Assembly: GCA_902780535.1 (NCBI GenBank)
Contig: CACZFT010000009.1
Span: 10,900-74,899, forward strand
DNA length: 64,000 nt
Source of the DNA: an uncultured Selenomonas sp.
GTDB taxonomy: Bacteria > Bacillota > Negativicutes > Selenomonadales > Selenomonadaceae
Reading direction: 5' to 3'
In this document: positions 17,172 to 25,281 of the stretch, piece after piece
Layout of the letters: every line of letters begins with the position of its first letter
How positions within the stretch are numbered: position 1 is the first letter of the stretch
Notes under the pieces: model-generated
Databases searched by the model: none
What the model was told of the DNA's origin: nothing
The model's input: only the letters and a program-made list of their open reading frames with translations
Made by a program: the position numbers and the translations under genes

Positions 17172-18572
17172 TTATTCGTTGAAGAAGCAGGAAAGATCCT
17201 CGATGTAGTTCGGACGCGCTGCCCAATCGTAAGAAACGCTGACGGCTTCGCCTTTGGCCGCCGTCACTTGCAGAACGTCCGTTGCATCGCGGTACTTCCA
17301 CTTCGCACTCGCGGGCTTGACCGAGATCGTCTCCACTTTTGCGTGATGCTCGAGCTTGTAGCTCTGCGTCTCGCCCGTGCCTGTGCCGAGTGCTGCATCT
17401 TTGACGCTGCCGGTCTTCTGCGTGATGTTGACGCGCACGCAGCCGATCGGGCCGCGCAGGTCGCTGTCCTTCGTCGCGATGTAATCGAACTGGTCAAAAA
17501 CGAGGTTGTTGTCTTGCTTGTCCGGGTACTGCGTGTCGTGCGTCATCGCCTGGAACTGCTCCGCTGTCCAGCCGTAGATGTAGTCTGCCGTCACCTGCCC
17601 GTCGTTCGGCGAGTAGGAGTACTTCGAGGCCGCCTGCTTCACGCCGTCAAAGTAGAGCGCGAAGCCGTGCGACGCGAGGCCGTCCGTATGCTTGAGCGTG
17701 TACGTGTGCGCTGTGCCGTCGCCCGTGCCGAGCACCTCGCCCGTGACGTTTGTCGTCGGCTTGCGGAGAGAAATCTCCGCGGAAAACTCCGTATCCTGTA
17801 CAACTGGATGCTTGAGAATGAGGTGCGCGCGGTTGATGTTGTTGACGAAGTTGTACGTCTTGCTGATGCAGACGCCGGTGCCCTCCGTGAATACCGCTAC
17901 GCTGTCCGTGCGATGCTTAATCGTGACGCTGTTGACCTTCGCCGTGCTGCTGCCGATCGTCGGCGCTGAGAGCACGTACTTGAAGCGGATCGCCTGCGCT
18001 TTTGTTGCCGGGTTGGTGACATAAGAGCTGTAGTCCGCATAGTCCGTCCACGTGTCGCCGCTGATGTTTGCCGATGCGAGAACCGTCGCGGTTCCGCCGC
18101 CGTCTTCGGTTTTGTCAACGTCGATGGACAGGATTTCCACCGGCTCAGTGCTGAGCGTGACGGTATCACTAAAAAGCGTCTCCGTCGTTACAGTCGCGCC
18201 GCTTTCGCCGTTGAAGGTGATTGACGATACGGACGGGGCTTCTGCCGCTGTCTCGTCCATCTTCATCGCGATTGCTACGTCAACTTTCTTTCCCGCGAAG
18301 GCGGCGAGCTTGCTGCTATCAAGTGCCGTGAGCTCTGCCTGCGTATTTCCCTCGCTCAAGAGCGAGGCGGCCGTGATGCCCTGCGTCGTCAAGTTCTCCC
18401 ATGCGGCTGACGAGGTGTTGTACCTTTGCCAGTTTTCAGCGTACTTGAACGCGTACCTGATGTCGCAACCGTCCGGCACGGTCGCCGTGATCGAGATCGC
18501 GTTTTCGCTCTGCGCATTCGTGCAATCAATCTGACTTGCTGTGGTCGTCGTGATGAGTGCTGTTCTTGCCAT
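17172..18572 (-). CDS. tail-fibre/host-specificity-like structural protein
   Basis: 466 aa, Thr/Ser/Val-rich beta-type composition. Carries two LGTG(D/T)G..(T/S)Y.L(K/E)H modules of the kind that start many phage host-specificity domains. Located in the fibre module. Confidence 0.55.
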   Translation of the reverse strand: MARTALITTTTASQIDCTNAQSENAISITATVPDGCDIRYAFKYAENWQRYNTSSAAWENLTTQGITAASLLSEGNTQAELTALDSSKLAAFAGKKVDVAIAMKMDETAAEAPSVSSITFNGESGATVTTETLFSDTVTLSTEPVEILSIDVDKTEDGGGTATVLASANISGDTWTDYADYSSYVTNPATKAQAIRFKYVLSAPTIGSSTAKVNSVTIKHRTDSVAVFTEGTGVCISKTYNFVNNINRAHLILKHPVVQDTEFSAEISLRKPTTNVTGEVLGTGDGTAHTYTLKHTDGLASHGFALYFDGVKQAASKYSYSPNDGQVTADYIYGWTAEQFQAMTHDTQYPDKQDNNLVFDQFDYIATKDSDLRGPIGCVRVNITQKTGSVKDAALGTGTGETQSYKLEHHAKVETISVKPASAKWKYRDATDVLQVTAAKGEAVSVSYDWAARPNYIEDLSCFFNE

Positions 18573-19656
18573 GCTGCTTTTCCTCCTCTTTCTTCGGTGT
18601 CCTTGTGAGCACCAATCTGTTAAGTGTTGCCTGCACCGTTACGTAGGCATTGCAGTGCTTGCAATAACCAAGGAACGATGCGACGCTCTGCCGAGCATCT
18701 TCTACTCTGATTTCTCCGCGCCGGAATTTGCGCGAAAGCCGCTGAAACCTCTTCTTCGCCGCTTTGATGTTCCGCTTGCGCGGAAGGATATGCGTTGACC
18801 ATGTTCGGTATCCGCAAAAATCTACGCCCTGCGACGCTTGGTAAATGCGCGTCTTCGGGTTCAACTCGAGCTTGAGCTGCGTTTCCAAAAACCAGCGGAT
18901 GTCATCGAGGTTTTTCCTTAGCTCTTTCTTGCTATTTGATACGATGACAAAATCATCCATGTACCTGATGTAAAAATGAGCTTTCATGCATTCTTTTACA
19001 AAATGGTCAAACGGGTTCAGATAAATGTTCGCCGCCAGTTGGCTTGTCAATGCTCCGATAGGGATCCCTTTCCCGGTGTCTTCGTTAAATCGGTCAATGA
19101 CAAGTCCCCACGCTTCCAGCAGTCGCTTGTCTTTGATTGTACGGCTGATTTCTCTTTTTAGGATTTCGTGGTCGATGCTCTGATAATAGTGGTGTATGTC
19201 GCATTGCAGAATATAGACGTTTCCGCTGTGTCTCGCGATCCTCAAAAATTTCTTCACCCTCTGAACCGCTGCATGCGCGCCTTTGCCGAGGATGCACGCG
19301 TAGGAATCGTAGATGTATTTCTTCTCAAAAAGCGGTCTCACGATCCTATCGAGCGAGTGATGAAATATCCGATCGCGGAACGTCGGGGCGTTGATGATCC
19401 GCCGCTTCACTTCTGTTCTGCACTCAAATTCGTAGTATGTCTGTGGCTGCCATGTCCCCGTGTTGAGTTCAAAAATCATCTGATAGATGACCGCCTCAAC
19501 GCGTTTCCCGACACCCATGATCTCGTTTTTGTACCTTCGGCCCCGAGATGCCTCAAGATATGCTGCATACATGTTTTCAAAGTTAACCACTTGTTCCCAA
19601 AGGTTATCGTACCGTATCGTTTTCTTCACCCTTTTCTTATCCGTCCCGCGTGACAT
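18526..19656 (-). CDS. DGR-type reverse transcriptase
   Basis: Contains IPIGALTSQLAANIYL (the DGR-type [ILV]GxxxSQ motif) and IRYMDDFVIVS (YxDD catalytic box). Start placed at the Met of MSRGTDKKRVKK (19656). The track ORF extends further only because the frame stays open across the TR. Confidence 0.85.
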   Translation of the reverse strand: MSRGTDKKRVKKTIRYDNLWEQVVNFENMYAAYLEASRGRRYKNEIMGVGKRVEAVIYQMIFELNTGTWQPQTYYEFECRTEVKRRIINAPTFRDRIFHHSLDRIVRPLFEKKYIYDSYACILGKGAHAAVQRVKKFLRIARHSGNVYILQCDIHHYYQSIDHEILKREISRTIKDKRLLEAWGLVIDRFNEDTGKGIPIGALTSQLAANIYLNPFDHFVKECMKAHFYIRYMDDFVIVSNSKKELRKNLDDIRWFLETQLKLELNPKTRIYQASQGVDFCGYRTWSTHILPRKRNIKAAKKRFQRLSRKFRRGEIRVEDARQSVASFLGYCKHCNAYVTVQATLNRLVLTRTPKKEEEKQHGKNSTHHDDHSKSD

Positions 19657-19775
19657 GGAGGGACGGTGTTGGTATCTGTTTTCCTCGCCTCGCAGCAAGG
19701 ACGGACAAGGCTCCCAAATAATTGGCACTGGAACGGGCCATGGTACTCTGCCCGAACTTCTGGCCGTGATTACCA

Positions 19776-19892
19776 TTTGCGAGCCGGAACCCAATGTTGC
19801 TGTTCGCGTCCGACGCCGAGTTGTTGGCATCGAAGAGGAAGGCCCCAGCACGCGCGCCGTTGTCCCAATTCCCGGAGACGTTCAGCACGTTA
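19776..19892 (-). repeat. DGR template repeat (TR)
   Basis: 117 bp aligning without gaps to 20368-20484. There are 14 mismatches, every one at a T on the plus strand (an A on the coding minus strand). The conceptual translation is Asn-rich (NVLNVSGNWDNGARAGAFLFDANNSASDANSNIGFRLA). Confidence 0.85.
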
Positions 19893-19910
19893 AAGCCTTG
19901 CCCGGTGGCG

Positions 19911-20303
19911 TCATTTCCTCTTCGCTGCCTCTCTTGCTTCGGCGACAGCCTTGAAATGGCGCACAAGACCGCCGAGGATTCTCCCTGCTTCGTCCACCTT
20001 GCTCATCCACACGCCCAAGCGCTTGACAGAGATATAGCCTTCCCGCCGCGCCTGCCGTATGAGCACGCGCAAATACTCAAGCTCAATGTCGATTTCTTGC
20101 AAGGTTGTTTTCTTGTAGAATTTCTTCTCAAACCTGATGATTTCATGCAGCGCTGCATTTACGGTGTTCTCGATTTCCGCGCAAAGCTGGTATCGCTCTT
20201 TCTTCGGAAACTGGAACAAGATCGTATGCGTGTAGTCTTTTACTTCCTCCATTTTCGTCTGCAAAATAAGTGGATTTTTCGCATGGTCGAAATCTACTCC
20301 CAC
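19911..20303 (-). CDS. DGR accessory variability determinant (Avd), four-helix-bundle family
   Basis: 130 aa. Carries the FPKKERYQL...EI.. pattern typical of Avd / 23S-rRNA-intervening-sequence-like four-helix-bundle proteins. Sits between the target gene and the TR. GTG start with an AAAGGAGA RBS. Confidence 0.75.
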   Translation of the reverse strand: MGVDFDHAKNPLILQTKMEEVKDYTHTILFQFPKKERYQLCAEIENTVNAALHEIIRFEKKFYKKTTLQEIDIELEYLRVLIRQARREGYISVKRLGVWMSKVDEAGRILGGLVRHFKAVAEAREAAKRK

Positions 20304-20317
20304 GGTTTCTCCTTTCC

Positions 20318-20335
20318 GCCGCGCTATCGCGCGGC
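20318..20335 (-). promoter_or_regulatory. GC hairpin downstream of VR (DGR target-recognition hairpin candidate)
   Basis: On the minus strand GCCGCGC GATA GCGCGGC: a perfect 7-bp stem with a 4-nt GNRA-type loop, 32 nt beyond the VR 3' end. Confidence 0.6.
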
Positions 20336-20351
20336 TTTCAGTTCACATTGT

Positions 20352-21269
20352 TCAGGATTCTGGGTACTTTGCGAGCCGGAACCCAACGGCGCTGTACGCG
20401 ACCGACGCCGAGAAGTCGGCACCGAAGAGGAAGGCCCCAGCACGCGCGCCGTCGACCCAATCCCCGGAGACGCGCAGCACGTTATCAGAATCGCTATTCG
20501 ACCACACGCCGTCGCTGCCGTAGTTCCCCGCGCCGCTTGTCGTTGTCTTCGGAACGAAAACGTCGTTGAGGTCAAACGATTCTCCGCTTGTCTCCCACAT
20601 GTCCTTGATGATTGCGCCGGATCCTGACGGAACGGTAGCCCCCGTCGTAACATAGGTCTGGTTCCCTTTGTTGTCCCACATTGAAACGGCATAGTTATTA
20701 AATTTCATGCCGTCTACCCACTCATCTACGTTGCCCCAGAATTCATGGATATTTCTCCATACGGCTTTCGTCCCGCCGGTTGCCACGGTCGCGCTCGTCG
20801 ATACGTTGCCGTTATCAATCGCCGTCTGCACGTCGGCTGTGCCGAGCTCAATCATCATGAGCAGAGAGATAGCCGACCGCTCATAGACGTTGTTCAGGTG
20901 CCAACCTGCTTGATCCCCTGTGCCGGTGTTCCGTGCTGCACAGGCAGTTCTTGAGTTGCCAATCGTGATGTTCACCCATGGGCTCTTCCCCGCGAGGGAT
21001 GCAGCTTTGCTGCCGTCAGCGCTCGCTTCGTAGCCCCCGAAGTAGAAACACGGAATTGCCTTTCCTGCCCGCATAAACGCCGGGTGGAGGTGAAAACCAC
21101 TACGCGGCTTGTCGCTGATCCAATAGCATTTCCTCCCCGCCGCCGTCGTACCGTCTGCCGCCTTCCCGACTTTGACGTAAAATGCCGGGATCTTGACCAT
21201 CGCCTGCCCGTCAATCGTAACCGACTGAATGTCGCTCCACGGATAAATCGCGTTGAAATCCACGCTCAT
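20352..21269 (-). CDS. DGR target protein: tail-fibre tip / receptor-binding protein with C-type-lectin (FGE-like) fold
   Basis: 305 aa. C-terminus ...NVLRVSGDWVDGARAGAFLFGADFSASVAYSAVGFRLAKYPES carries the VR. The WG.V.EW / GG.W pattern suggests a lectin fold. Start overlaps the upstream fibre gene stop (ATGA). Confidence 0.8.
   Translation of the reverse strand: MSVDFNAIYPWSDIQSVTIDGQAMVKIPAFYVKVGKAADGTTAAGRKCYWISDKPRSGFHLHPAFMRAGKAIPCFYFGGYEASADGSKAASLAGKSPWVNITIGNSRTACAARNTGTGDQAGWHLNNVYERSAISLLMMIELGTADVQTAIDNGNVSTSATVATGGTKAVWRNIHEFWGNVDEWVDGMKFNNYAVSMWDNKGNQTYVTTGATVPSGSGAIIKDMWETSGESFDLNDVFVPKTTTSGAGNYGSDGVWSNSDSDNVLRVSGDWVDGARAGAFLFGADFSASVAYSAVGFRLAKYPES
20368..20484 (-). repeat. 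DGR variable repeat (VR)
   Basis: Cognate of the TR. Lies in the last about 130 nt of the target ORF and ends 13 nt before its stop codon. Confidence 0.85.
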
Positions 21270-22195
21270 GCCAGTGCATCTCCTTCCTCATCTACCTGCT
21301 TCCACGTGCCGCCGTCATCCGACATGAGCGCCACGCCAATGACGCGTCCGCCGATGATGACCTTGCCATCCGAAACTTCCGCTCCGTCGAGAGACAGCCC
21401 GTCAGCGCTGCTCAGATTGAGCGTCGACGTGATGCTCTTTTTGGTGTTGCTGCCGCTAAACGTATCGGTGCCGTTGATATCCTGCGTAGAAGTGTTCCCG
21501 CCGCCATACGCTCGCCCATTGTAGATCGCGATGGACGAGCGGTAGAGCTTCGTCCTCCCCTCTGTGTACTGATTCTTGACGTTCTCGTAGAGCACGACGC
21601 GCTTGATGCTGCCGGAGACGTTGATGCTCTTGACTTGCACTTCCTCTGTTTTCTCTCCGTCGGTGAGCTGGTAATGTGCGCCGATGATGAGGTTCGAGCT
21701 GTCCTCCACGTCGATGCTGTCGTCTCCCGAGACGACGGATTTGACTGTGACGACCGTCTGATCGATTTCGTCCGCGCCGTCCGAGAAAGTCTCAAAGAGC
21801 GCGTTGTCGTAGCCGTCCGGGTCGATGCCCGCCGCCTGGATGTCTTGATAGAGATTGCCGACAAGGCGCTCTAAGTGGTTGATGCGGCTATTCTGACTGC
21901 CCGCGTCGAGCGCTTTGATCATCGCTACGATCTCGTTGTACTTGTCGTTGCCGCCGATGGCTGCAACGTCGGCTTTGAGCGCTTCGAGCTTGGCTTTAAG
22001 CCATTCGGTACGGTTGGCCAACCCCTGCGCGGGCAGGTTGTCGACGCCGTTTCGCCCGCCGATGATGTAGTCGTTTGCTTCGAGCTGGTAGATGCCCGGC
22101 ACCCATTCCGGGTTGACTGGCAGATGGTTGATTTCATGCCGTGCTCCGTCGCCGTCCGACGCCGGGCCGAAACCGATGTAATCATTTTCGTTCAT
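21266..22195 (-). CDS. tail fibre protein
   Basis: 309 aa. The N-terminal segment ...NHLPVNPEWVPGIYQLE..D...GG..GVDNLPAQGLANRTEWLK resembles the conserved N-termini of myophage fibre proteins. Confidence 0.65.
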   Translation of the reverse strand: MNENDYIGFGPASDGDGARHEINHLPVNPEWVPGIYQLEANDYIIGGRNGVDNLPAQGLANRTEWLKAKLEALKADVAAIGGNDKYNEIVAMIKALDAGSQNSRINHLERLVGNLYQDIQAAGIDPDGYDNALFETFSDGADEIDQTVVTVKSVVSGDDSIDVEDSSNLIIGAHYQLTDGEKTEEVQVKSINVSGSIKRVVLYENVKNQYTEGRTKLYRSSIAIYNGRAYGGGNTSTQDINGTDTFSGSNTKKSITSTLNLSSADGLSLDGAEVSDGKVIIGGRVIGVALMSDDGGTWKQVDEEGDALA

Positions 22196-22212
22196 GCTGT
22201 CTTCCTCCTCTT

Positions 22213-22650
22213 TTAGAAATGCAGGATCCAGTAGCCCTTGATCTGGATGTCATCCTCTTTCTCGATGAGCCCTGTCCTGACGCGATGGGAAAACATCGTC
22301 CCGTCCGCGCAAAAAAGCCCGAACTCATGGATCTTGAGGCCGTTGGCTTGTGAGTTATCAATCAAAAAGTCGAAGCGTGCATCGCGGCCGTCGACGGTCG
22401 CCGATGTGAGCGGGAAAAGCTGTTGCCCCTCGAGCTCCGTATCATCTGCCGCCTCTGCTGTGCTGCCACTGCCAACACCGATCTTGGTGATACAAGATCC
22501 GCTTTTCCCGGCCGCCAGCTCCGCGAGGCGGATGCGCCCCGCATCCACGACAAGGTTGTGATCGTCGATGCGGTCGATGATTTTCCCGTCCTTGTAGACG
22601 GCGAGGTGAAAGTCGCCTCTACAAGGCTTTGTACTGTCTTGAAATACCAT
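22213..22650 (-). CDS. tail-collar fibre-like protein
   Basis: Start moved to MVFQD (RBS AAAGGAGG 8 nt upstream). The VVDAGRIRLAELAAG...ITKIGVGSGSTAEAADDTELE pattern resembles the tail-collar fibre N-terminal domain. Confidence 0.5.
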   Translation of the reverse strand: MVFQDSTKPCRGDFHLAVYKDGKIIDRIDDHNLVVDAGRIRLAELAAGKSGSCITKIGVGSGSTAEAADDTELEGQQLFPLTSATVDGRDARFDFLIDNSQANGLKIHEFGLFCADGTMFSHRVRTGLIEKEDDIQIKGYWILHF

Positions 22651-24139
22651 GCGTGTTGCCTCCTTTGTCATGTGTCGTCTTGCCGGAGCGGATGAGACTG
22701 CCATCGTGGGCGAGGTGGAAGCCGCCCGCCCTGTTGATGCTGCCGCTCCGTGTCCTGCATTTGATGATCTCTATGCCGCCGCTCTCGTATGCCGTCGCTG
22801 TCATGCCGCGCGTGCAGCTGCCATCTCTGCGAGCGCTGCCGCTGTAGGTCAGGCGCTGCCGCAGGCTGTCTGCGAAGCTGCTGAGACTTGCCGCCATGCT
22901 GGCGGTCTCCCGCGCAGCCCCGCAGATGTCGTCGAGCTCTGGGTATTTGAGCCGCAGCGGTGCCTCTTTCTTCGGTCTCCTGATGCCGCGCCCGCCGCTG
23001 ACGGCGTCGTGTATGACGTCGATACGGCGCTTGGTGCCGCCGCCGTCCCGCCGGAACATACAGTTGCGGCGTATCGAGCCGTCGTGCAGGTTGATGTCTC
23101 CGCCGTCGCGCCGGATGCGCCCGTTGCGCTGGCGGGCTCTCGTAATCGTCAGGGCACCGCCGGAATCTACCGGATGCGACGTAAGGCCATGTCTGCCATT
23201 ACCATCGCGCTTCGCAACGCTGTTGCGTGGCAGGTAGTCGTCGAGCGTGTCCTCAAACGTCGCTGCGTCGTCTTTGGCGAGCGTGATGAGCAGGGCGGAG
23301 AAATCTTCCATCTGTGCCGAGTACTCGATCCTCCACGGCTTTTCTCCGCGCCGCATGAGCCGCCCGTCGTGTTGCAGCGTGCCGTCTCGCGTCGCTTTGC
23401 CATCGCTCCGAAAGATATAGTCGATGTGCTTCCCCCATCGCGGTACCGCGGTTGCATCGAAGCCACAACGCGCGAGCGTGCCATCTCGGATGTGCTCTGC
23501 TTTGCGGCAGATCGTGCCGCCGCGTATGCGCGCGCCGTCGTGTTTATCTGCTTTGATGGGGATGCCATAGGGCACGTCGTCACTCAAGCTAAACAGCGAG
23601 GCCGCCCAGAAATCTAAATCATGGACGTTCTCGCTTTCATCATCTCGAAAACTGAGCGTGAAGTTCAGCATATCGAGCCACGATCGCACGTTCTTCATGC
23701 GCTCGATTGCTCGGCGCATATCAGACACGCTCTCGCGCGTGATGCTGGCATTTTCTACCGTAACGCGAAAACGGTACGGCTCCCCACCGTACTCAAACCA
23801 CTCTTGCACGCTTGCGCCCGCGCCGAAGATCGTCGCAACGACTTCTTCCACAACCGCAGCCGTACCTTTTCTGATATGCCAGGGCACACTCTTTTTTACT
23901 ATCTGCCGCCTGATATCAAGCGGCAGACTCGTGTCATAGACATCGCAATGGAACTGGATGGCGAGCGCGTCAACCAGACGGCTTGACAGCTTATCAATAT
24001 GCGGGTAGAGATTGACAATCTCTGAGAGCGCATCAATCTTTCTGAGCGCCTTATCGACGGTCTTTGCTATCTCATGCATATTGCCTGTGTCAAGGGACTC
24101 CGGCAGACTGTCGTTGATGCGGTACTCTTTGTCTTGCAT
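22619..24139 (-). CDS. baseplate protein gpI-like (P2 tail protein I family) with long repeat-rich C-terminal extension
   Basis: The N-terminal about 170 aa (LPESL...ALAIQFHCDVYD...RRQIVKKSVPWHRKGT) matches the tail-protein-I pattern. The remaining about 330 aa carries many R/H-x-D/N-G repeats. Confidence 0.65.
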   Translation of the reverse strand: MQDKEYRINDSLPESLDTGNMHEIAKTVDKALRKIDALSEIVNLYPHIDKLSSRLVDALAIQFHCDVYDTSLPLDIRRQIVKKSVPWHIRKGTAAVVEEVVATIFGAGASVQEWFEYGGEPYRFRVTVENASITRESVSDMRRAIERMKNVRSWLDMLNFTLSFRDDESENVHDLDFWAASLFSLSDDVPYGIPIKADKHDGARIRGGTICRKAEHIRDGTLARCGFDATAVPRWGKHIDYIFRSDGKATRDGTLQHDGRLMRRGEKPWRIEYSAQMEDFSALLITLAKDDAATFEDTLDDYLPRNSVAKRDGNGRHGLTSHPVDSGGALTITRARQRNGRIRRDGGDINLHDGSIRRNCMFRRDGGGTKRRIDVIHDAVSGGRGIRRPKKEAPLRLKYPELDDICGAARETASMAASLSSFADSLRQRLTYSGSARRDGSCTRGMTATAYESGGIEIIKCRTRSGSINRAGGFHLAHDGSLIRSGKTTHDKGGNTHGISRQYKAL

Positions 24140-25281
24140 CAGTCCTCCCTCCCTGTCATCCTCACGCTCACGGCATTTGCCTGCGCCACCTCCACTCTTT
24201 GCTCCGGGTTTAGCTTATTGCTGTCTCTGCCGACGGAGGTGTAAGCAGGGCTTTTTACAACAACATGGCGCGTACCCGAGACGGCTTTGATGCGCCGCAC
24301 AAGCTCCGATGGATCAATGTCCCTGTTGAGCCGTGCGCCCTGCCACGCTACGTACGCCTGCACTGCTGCAGCTACATTTTTCTGCGTCGTCGCCGCATCG
24401 GCATCTCCGTCGATGTAATACGATACGTCGATGTCATACGGCACCACCGCGGGCGCTACAACCTCTACTTTATCCGTCAGCGGGCGCACGTCTTTCGCCG
24501 AAAGTGCTTTGTCTACGATACCGAGCATCTCCGCCTCCGGCACGATACCGCCTGCCAAGAGAAAGCATACCTGCACGACTCCAGGGCTCGGCGACCAAAC
24601 GCAGACGTCATCTATCGACGCGTTTGCTGACTTTGTGTGGTATTCGTACGCGCCCGATGGGCCTGCCGTCGAGAATCTTTCCGGCGCTTCAAAGGCTCGT
24701 TCTCTCAGCGCATCATCCGTCTCCGCCTCACTGCCACCTTCGCTCTTTGTCGTATTCACAGCGCTTTCTATGTAGGCGATAGGATCGACAATCTTGGCAA
24801 TCTCTCCTGCCTGGTAACCGTTGCCAGCCTCTCCCATCTGCTCGCATGTAGCCGCTACGTCTCCCGTCGTCTCTCCCGGCGGTATGAGCAAGTCTGTGTT
24901 TGTTGCAAAGTATACGTTGTTTTCCGGCGATACGCGCGTCCCGCGCGGGATCAGCGTCGCCGTGTCGCGCGCCGCCGACAATTTGATGTGAAGTGTCGTC
25001 ACAGCAGCACTCGCCGGGATGCGCGTCGTGCAGACATTTGCCGCGAGTGCATCGAGGTTTTCTCCTTCCGCCGTGCGCAAGAGGTTCTGTCTGCCTGCGT
25101 AGTTGATCTTATTGATGATGCGGTAGATGACCTCTGACTCAAACAGCAAAAAGAGGCGCACAGGATCCGCCATGCCAGGCGTGCGCCCCGTGAAGTCTTT
25201 GTAGCAGTCAAGGACGGCTGTCTCCACCTCTTCTACCGTAACATCCACAAGATTGATTTCCGGCATGTCAGCCAACTTCAT
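24139..25281 (-). CDS. baseplate protein J-like
   Basis: 380 aa. Position and sequence pattern match the P2 gpJ / Mu gp47 family. Confidence 0.8.
   Translation of the reverse strand: MKLADMPEINLVDVTVEEVETAVLDCYKDFTGRTPGMADPVRLFLLFESEVIYRIINKINYAGRQNLLRTAEGENLDALAANVCTTRIPASAAVTTLHIKLSAARDTATLIPRGTRVSPENNVYFATNTDLLIPPGETTGDVAATCEQMGEAGNGYQAGEIAKIVDPIAYIESAVNTTKSEGGSEAETDDALRERAFEAPERFSTAGPSGAYEYHTKSANASIDDVCVWSPSPGVVQVCFLLAGGIVPEAEMLGIVDKALSAKDVRPLTDKVEVVAPAVVPYDIDVSYYIDGDADAATTQKNVAAAVQAYVAWQGARLNRDIDPSELVRRIKAVSGTRHVVVKSPAYTSVGRDSNKLNPEQRVEVAQANAVSVRMTGRED

Noticed and set aside
17172-18572. Second VR in the fibre-like gene downstream of the RT
   Set aside because: Its C-terminus (…SVSYDWAARPNYIEDLSCFFNE) and the rest of the protein show no ARAGAFLF-type segment. 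I found only two copies of the GGAAGGCCCCAGCACGCGCGCC core in the window.
18526-19656. RT as a retron or group II intron reverse transcriptase
   Set aside because: The adjacent Avd-like gene and the TR/VR pair with adenine-only mismatches fit a DGR. The IGxxxSQ motif is DGR-type. I saw no intron RNA domains, maturase/X domain or msr/msd-like inverted repeats nearby.
18526-19851. 441-aa version of the RT ORF, extending upstream through the TR
   Set aside because: The extra 65 residues (MLGPSSSMPTTRRRTRTATLGSGS...) are just the TR and spacer read in the RT frame. RT homology begins near MSRGTDKK at 19656.
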